This document shows positions 54,507-58,275 of a DNA stretch of 58,275 nt, piece by piece; positions within the stretch are counted from its first letter, which is position 1, and the number at the start of each line of letters is the position of its first letter. Location of the stretch: NCBI GenBank assembly GCA_036276995.1, contig DASUNU010000088.1:1-58275 (forward strand). Reading direction: 5' to 3'. The position numbers were made by a program, and so were the translations under genes. The notes below the pieces were generated by a model. The model was not told where the DNA came from. It saw only the letters and a program-made list of their open reading frames with translations, and did not search any database. The stretch is from Solirubrobacterales bacterium. GTDB taxonomy: Bacteria > Actinomycetota > Thermoleophilia > Solirubrobacterales > 70-9.

Positions 54507-56264
54507 TCAGCCGGCCAGGTACTCGGGACGAGGCAGGTCCCAGTGGCCGACGTTGATCCCCTCGGTGTCCTCCGGCTCGCGCGAGAGCACGAACTCGACC
54601 AGACATGGCCCGCCGGTGGACAACGCCCGCTGCATCGCCGGCCCGACTTCGCCGGCCTCGTGCACCTTGAACGCCTCGCAGTTGAATCCCCTGGCGATCG
54701 CGGTGAAGTCGATCGGCATCAGCTCGTCGCCGCGGCGCGAGCGGAACTCGACCGAGAAGGCCCGGTCCTCGCCGAACATGCCGCGCTGGAAGTCGCGGAT
54801 CGAGAGCCAGCCGGTGTTGTTGAGGCAGGCGATCACGATCGGCACGCCCAGCTCCGAGGCGAGCGCCAGCTCCTGGATCGTCTGCTGCAGGTCGCCGTCG
54901 CCGGCGAACCCGACCACCGGGCGGTCGGGCTGGGCGAGGCTGGCCCCGATCGCCGCCGGCAGCGTGTAGCCCATGGTCGAGTAGCCGCCGGGGCTGAGCC
55001 AGGTCCGCGGTTCGTAGGAGAGGAACTCCTGGAAGGCCTGGATCTGGGGGTGCCCGGCGGAGGCGATCGCGATCGTCTCGCGCGGCGTCGCCTGGCGGAT
55101 CTCATGCAGGACCCGGCTCATCGAGAGCTTGTCGGTCCAGCGCGCCCGGATCGCCTCGCGCCAGCGCTGCTTCCAGTCGCCGATCTCGGCCCGGTAGTCG
55201 GCCCGCTCGATCGACTCGCGGCCGTGACGGTCGCGCAGCGCGTCGTAGAGGTCGGCGAGGCCGGAGCGGGCGTCGCAGACGGCGCCGACCGCGGTCGGGT
55301 AGTTCTTGCCGATCTCGGTCGGGTCGATGTCGAAGTGGATGATCTCGGTCGGCGGCACCGAGAACGACTGCCCGTCCACGTAGGAGGAGCTGGTCTGCTC
55401 GGCGAAACGGGTGCCGACGGCGAGGATCACGTCGGCCTCGCGGCTGAAGTGGTTGCCGACCATGGTCCCGTTGGAGCCGGTGTGCTCGGCCGCCAGCGGG
55501 TGGTCCTCGGGGAACACCCCCTTGCCCATCATCGTCACGATCACCGCGGCGCCGAGGAACTCGGCGACCGCGCGCAGCTCGGCCGCGGCGCCGGCGGTGA
55601 GGCAGCCGCCGCCGGCGAGGATGACCGGGCGCTTCGCGTTCAGCAGCCGCTCCGCCGCCGACTCGACCGCGTCGGGGTCGGGGCGGAGGCGGCCGCGGAA
55701 CGGTCGGCGGGAGTCGGGGTCGGGCGGGCGCAGCGAGGTCTCCTGGGCCTGCACGTCCATCGGCAGCTCGACGTGGACCGGCCCGGGCCGCCCGGAGAGC
55801 ATCGTGTTGAAGGCGCGCGGCAGCACGTCGGCCAGCAGGTCGACGTGCTGGACGTCCCAGTTGCGCTTGACGATCGGCCGGATCGCGGCCGGGAACTGGT
55901 TGTCCTGCTGGCGCTCGAGCTCCTGCAGGACGCCGCGGCCGAGCATGTAGGTCTGCGGGCCGCCGCTGAAGGCGATCAGCGGGATCGAGTCGACGAAGGC
56001 CGTCGCCAGCCCCGTCGCCACGTTCATCGAGCCGGGCCCGATCGAGGTCATCGTCGCCAGCGGCTTGCCGCAGGCGCGCCAGTAGGCGTCGGCCATGTGG
56101 GCCGCCGTCTGCTCGTGCTTGGGCGCGATCACCTCGATGTCGTTGCGACGGTCCTTGAACGCGTCGAAAGCCGCCATGTCGCCGTGTCCGGGGATCCCGA
56201 AGACGTAGGGAACGCCCTCGGCGATCAGGTACTCGGCGACCATCTCTCCGCCGGTCATGCCCAT
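54507..56264 (-). CDS. Thiamine-diphosphate-dependent enzyme (acetolactate synthase large subunit-like family)
   Basis: 585 aa. N-terminal GGEMVAEYLIAEGVPYVFGIPG. ThDP motif GDGDLQQTIQELA...NN. Confidence 0.85.
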   Translation of the reverse strand: MGMTGGEMVAEYLIAEGVPYVFGIPGHGDMAAFDAFKDRRNDIEVIAPKHEQTAAHMADAYWRACGKPLATMTSIGPGSMNVATGLATAFVDSIPLIAFSGGPQTYMLGRGVLQELERQQDNQFPAAIRPIVKRNWDVQHVDLLADVLPRAFNTMLSGRPGPVHVELPMDVQAQETSLRPPDPDSRRPFRGRLRPDPDAVESAAERLLNAKRPVILAGGGCLTAGAAAELRAVAEFLGAAVIVTMMGKGVFPEDHPLAAEHTGSNGTMVGNHFSREADVILAVGTRFAEQTSSSYVDGQSFSVPPTEIIHFDIDPTEIGKNYPTAVGAVCDARSGLADLYDALRDRHGRESIERADYRAEIGDWKQRWREAIRARWTDKLSMSRVLHEIRQATPRETIAIASAGHPQIQAFQEFLSYEPRTWLSPGGYSTMGYTLPAAIGASLAQPDRPVVGFAGDGDLQQTIQELALASELGVPIVIACLNNTGWLSIRDFQRGMFGEDRAFSVEFRSRRGDELMPIDFTAIARGFNCEAFKVHEAGEVGPAMQRALSTGGPCLVEFVLSREPEDTEGINVGHWDLPRPEYLAG

Positions 56265-57766
56265 CAGGAAACCTCCGGGGTCGGGTCGTCGACGGCAAGC
56301 TCGGCGAGTTTGTCCTCGACCGATTTGCCGCGGTTTTTCACCTCGCTGACAAGGAAGACGAGCACGCCGGCGATCGCCGCGGCGGCGCAGAGGCCAAACA
56401 CCCAGAGGCGCCAGGAGCCGGCCGAGATTTCTTCCGTGAAGGGGAGTTTGAAGACGTAGTAGATCGAGCCGATCGTGCCGACCGTCCCGACCAGCGCCGT
56501 CAGCCCGACGCCGAGATTGCCGCCGGGGATCTTCCAGACCTTGTCGCCGCGCTCCTCGTACAGGCCCTTCCAGTTGCGCCGGGCCTGGACGATGCCGGTG
56601 TAGAGGTAGAACAGCGACAGCGACCAGACCACGATCAGGGTGGCGATGTAGAGCTGGAAGGCGGTGTTGAGCGACTCCAGCGAGAAGAAGAGCGCGATCA
56701 CGCCGACCGCGACCACCGCCTGCAGCAGGATCGCCGGCACCGGCTGGCGCGAGCGCTGGCCGACGTGGGCGAAGATCCGCGGCAGCCGCCGCTCGATCCC
56801 GGAGACGAAGAGCAGGCGCGAGTAGGCGTTCATGTAGGCGAGGCCCTGGGAGAGCACCGCCGCGCAGATGCCCAAGGCGACGATCACCCCGAGGAAGCCG
56901 GAGACCGTCTTCACCGCTTCGGCGACCCCCGTGGTCGGGTTGATCTCGGCGATCGGGGTGACCAGCAGGGTGCCGAGGATCCCGCAGATGTAGCCGAACA
57001 GCAGGGCCACGGTGCCGATCGTCAGCATCCGCCCCACGCCCTTCTTCTGGTCCTTGAACTCGGCCCCCATGTTGAACGGGATCTCGACCCCGATCAGCCA
57101 GAGCACGGCGGCGCTGAAGAGGAAGCCGTAGGTGCCGAGGTTGAGCGTCAGCACTTCGCTGGTCGAGGAGATGTGGTTGGGGCCGCCGTCGGTGATCGCG
57201 TGGTAGACGCCGGCGACGAGGGCGACCACGGCGGTCCCCATCGCGACGAAGAAGATCTTCTTGATCAGGTTCATCGAGACATCGAGCTTGGCCAGGCAGA
57301 GCAGGGTGATCAGCGAGACCACCGCGACCTGGGTGACGACCGTGGCCCAGAGCGGCCAGGAGACCCCGAGCGCGACCTGCAGGTGCTGGGCGAAGGCGGT
57401 CGAGACCAGCGGCAGGAGCAGGAAGACCGCGACCCAGGAGAGCCAGCCGGCGATGAAGCCGTGGATCTTCCCCATCGTCTTGTCGGCCCAGATGTAGATC
57501 CCACCCTCGCCGGGGAACAGGGTCCCGAGCTCGTAGGAGGCGAGGATCGCCGGGATCAGGAAGACGACGACGGCGAGCCCCAGCATCGAGAAGACGGCCC
57601 AGCCTCCGGCCGCCAGCTGCGAGGCGCCGTAGGCCCCGAAGATGATCGCGAAGTAAACGGTGACCAGCTCGCCGGTGCCGAGGTTTTTCGGCAGGACCTT
57701 GGGCGGGATCAGCTCAGCGAGCATCGACGACCCTCCTCGCGAGGACGTCACGTCGTTGGCGGCCAT
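56264..57766 (-). CDS. APC-superfamily amino acid/amine permease
   Basis: About 12 TM. 1-nt overlap with the ThDP enzyme start. The start could instead be the internal MLAELIPPK. Confidence 0.8.
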   Translation of the reverse strand: MAANDVTSSRGGSSMLAELIPPKVLPKNLGTGELVTVYFAIIFGAYGASQLAAGGWAVFSMLGLAVVVFLIPAILASYELGTLFPGEGGIYIWADKTMGKIHGFIAGWLSWVAVFLLLPLVSTAFAQHLQVALGVSWPLWATVVTQVAVVSLITLLCLAKLDVSMNLIKKIFFVAMGTAVVALVAGVYHAITDGGPNHISSTSEVLTLNLGTYGFLFSAAVLWLIGVEIPFNMGAEFKDQKKGVGRMLTIGTVALLFGYICGILGTLLVTPIAEINPTTGVAEAVKTVSGFLGVIVALGICAAVLSQGLAYMNAYSRLLFVSGIERRLPRIFAHVGQRSRQPVPAILLQAVVAVGVIALFFSLESLNTAFQLYIATLIVVWSLSLFYLYTGIVQARRNWKGLYEERGDKVWKIPGGNLGVGLTALVGTVGTIGSIYYVFKLPFTEEISAGSWRLWVFGLCAAAAIAGVLVFLVSEVKNRGKSVEDKLAELAVDDPTPEVS

Positions 57767-57856
57767 ATCTGTCTCCTATGGGACTCGACGGGCGGTTTTC
57801 CCAGGACCTCCGTCGTTGCTTTCCCTGCGCCGGTTGGAGTTTTAGCACATCTGCGT

Positions 57857-57868
57857 GTAACATGTTAC
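57857..57868. promoter_or_regulatory. Perfect 12-bp palindrome GTAACATGTTAC (candidate GntR-type operator)
   Basis: Lies in the relatively AT-rich divergent region between the APC-permease operon and the FAD-oxidase gene. GT-N-AC cores are typical of GntR-family sites (established knowledge); the assignment is an inference. Confidence 0.35.
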
Positions 57869-57971
57869 GTGTTGCTCGGGAGGCGGCCGGCGCGGACCCC
57901 GCGCAACCCCGCCCGTGGACACGAAACCTTCCGACACCGCCGAGACCCAGCCCCGCAGCGCGGCCGCCGCG

Positions 57972-58275
57972 ATGGCACGTGAGCTGGGCGCCTGCCTACC
58001 TCAGGGCGAGCTGGTCCTCGACGGCACACGGCTGCGCGAAGCCGGCCGCGACGGCACCGGCAACCGCGGCCTCGCCGGCCACGCCGAGGCCCTCGCCCTC
58101 CCCGCCTGCACCGCCGAAGTCGCCGCGGTGCTGAGCTGGTGCTACGAGCACGACGTCGCGATCGTCCCGCGCGGCGGCGGCACGGGCTACGCGGGGGGCG
58201 CGGTGCCGCTCGACGGCGGCGTCGTCCTCGCGCTCGAGCGCCTGGCCCGTGTGCGGTCGTTCGACCCGTTGCTCT
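57972..58275 (+). CDS. FAD-linked oxidase (GlcD/PCMH-type FAD-binding), 5' partial, runs off the window
   Basis: Own translation from ATG 57972: MARELGACLPQGELVLDG...VAIVPRGGGTGYAGGAVPLDGGVVLALERL is the typical FAD_binding_4 N-terminus. Absent from the ORF track because it has no stop in the window. Confidence 0.75.
   Translation, partial: MARELGACLPQGELVLDGTRLREAGRDGTGNRGLAGHAEALALPACTAEVAAVLSWCYEHDVAIVPRGGGTGYAGGAVPLDGGVVLALERLARVRSFDPLL

Overview
High-GC (about 70% by eye) actinobacterial-type chromosomal segment, densely packed with about 60 protein genes, 6 tRNA genes and one riboswitch. All calls come from reading the ORF translations and DNA by eye (motifs, start/stop geometry); no searches were run. 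I saw no transposase, integrase, IS element or CRISPR array. GTGA/ATGA start-stop overlaps are common and define several operons. Main content: (1) a 7-gene translationally coupled minus-strand operon at 1658-9927 (ArgRS-like, PabAB aminodeoxychorismate synthase, GNAT, HDAC-family deacetylase, AroQ mutase, P450, flavin monooxygenase) sitting 20 nt downstream of an atypical tRNA(UGU). This is my best candidate for an undescribed biosynthetic system. (2) Three paralogous sensor-domain / glutaredoxin-like / thioredoxin-reductase-like fusion proteins that all lack the redox CxxC, two of them divergent across 37 bp. (3) A ydaO-type c-di-AMP riboswitch upstream of an M23 peptidase. (4) A dnaK-grpE-cbpA-cbpM-membrane protein operon divergent from a sigma factor gene. 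(5) An 11-gene co-directional array at 46975-57766 (APC permease, ThDP enzyme, aminotransferase, TIM-barrel isomerase, Gfo/Idh/MocA oxidoreductase, GntR, two FtsX permeases, ABC ATPase, aldehyde dehydrogenase). (6) A small lower-GC islet (ORF6N and AOC-barrel proteins) and a decayed patch (LysR fragment, frameshifted DUF2254). Many long ORFs in the six-frame track are alternative-frame artefacts of the high GC content and were discarded.
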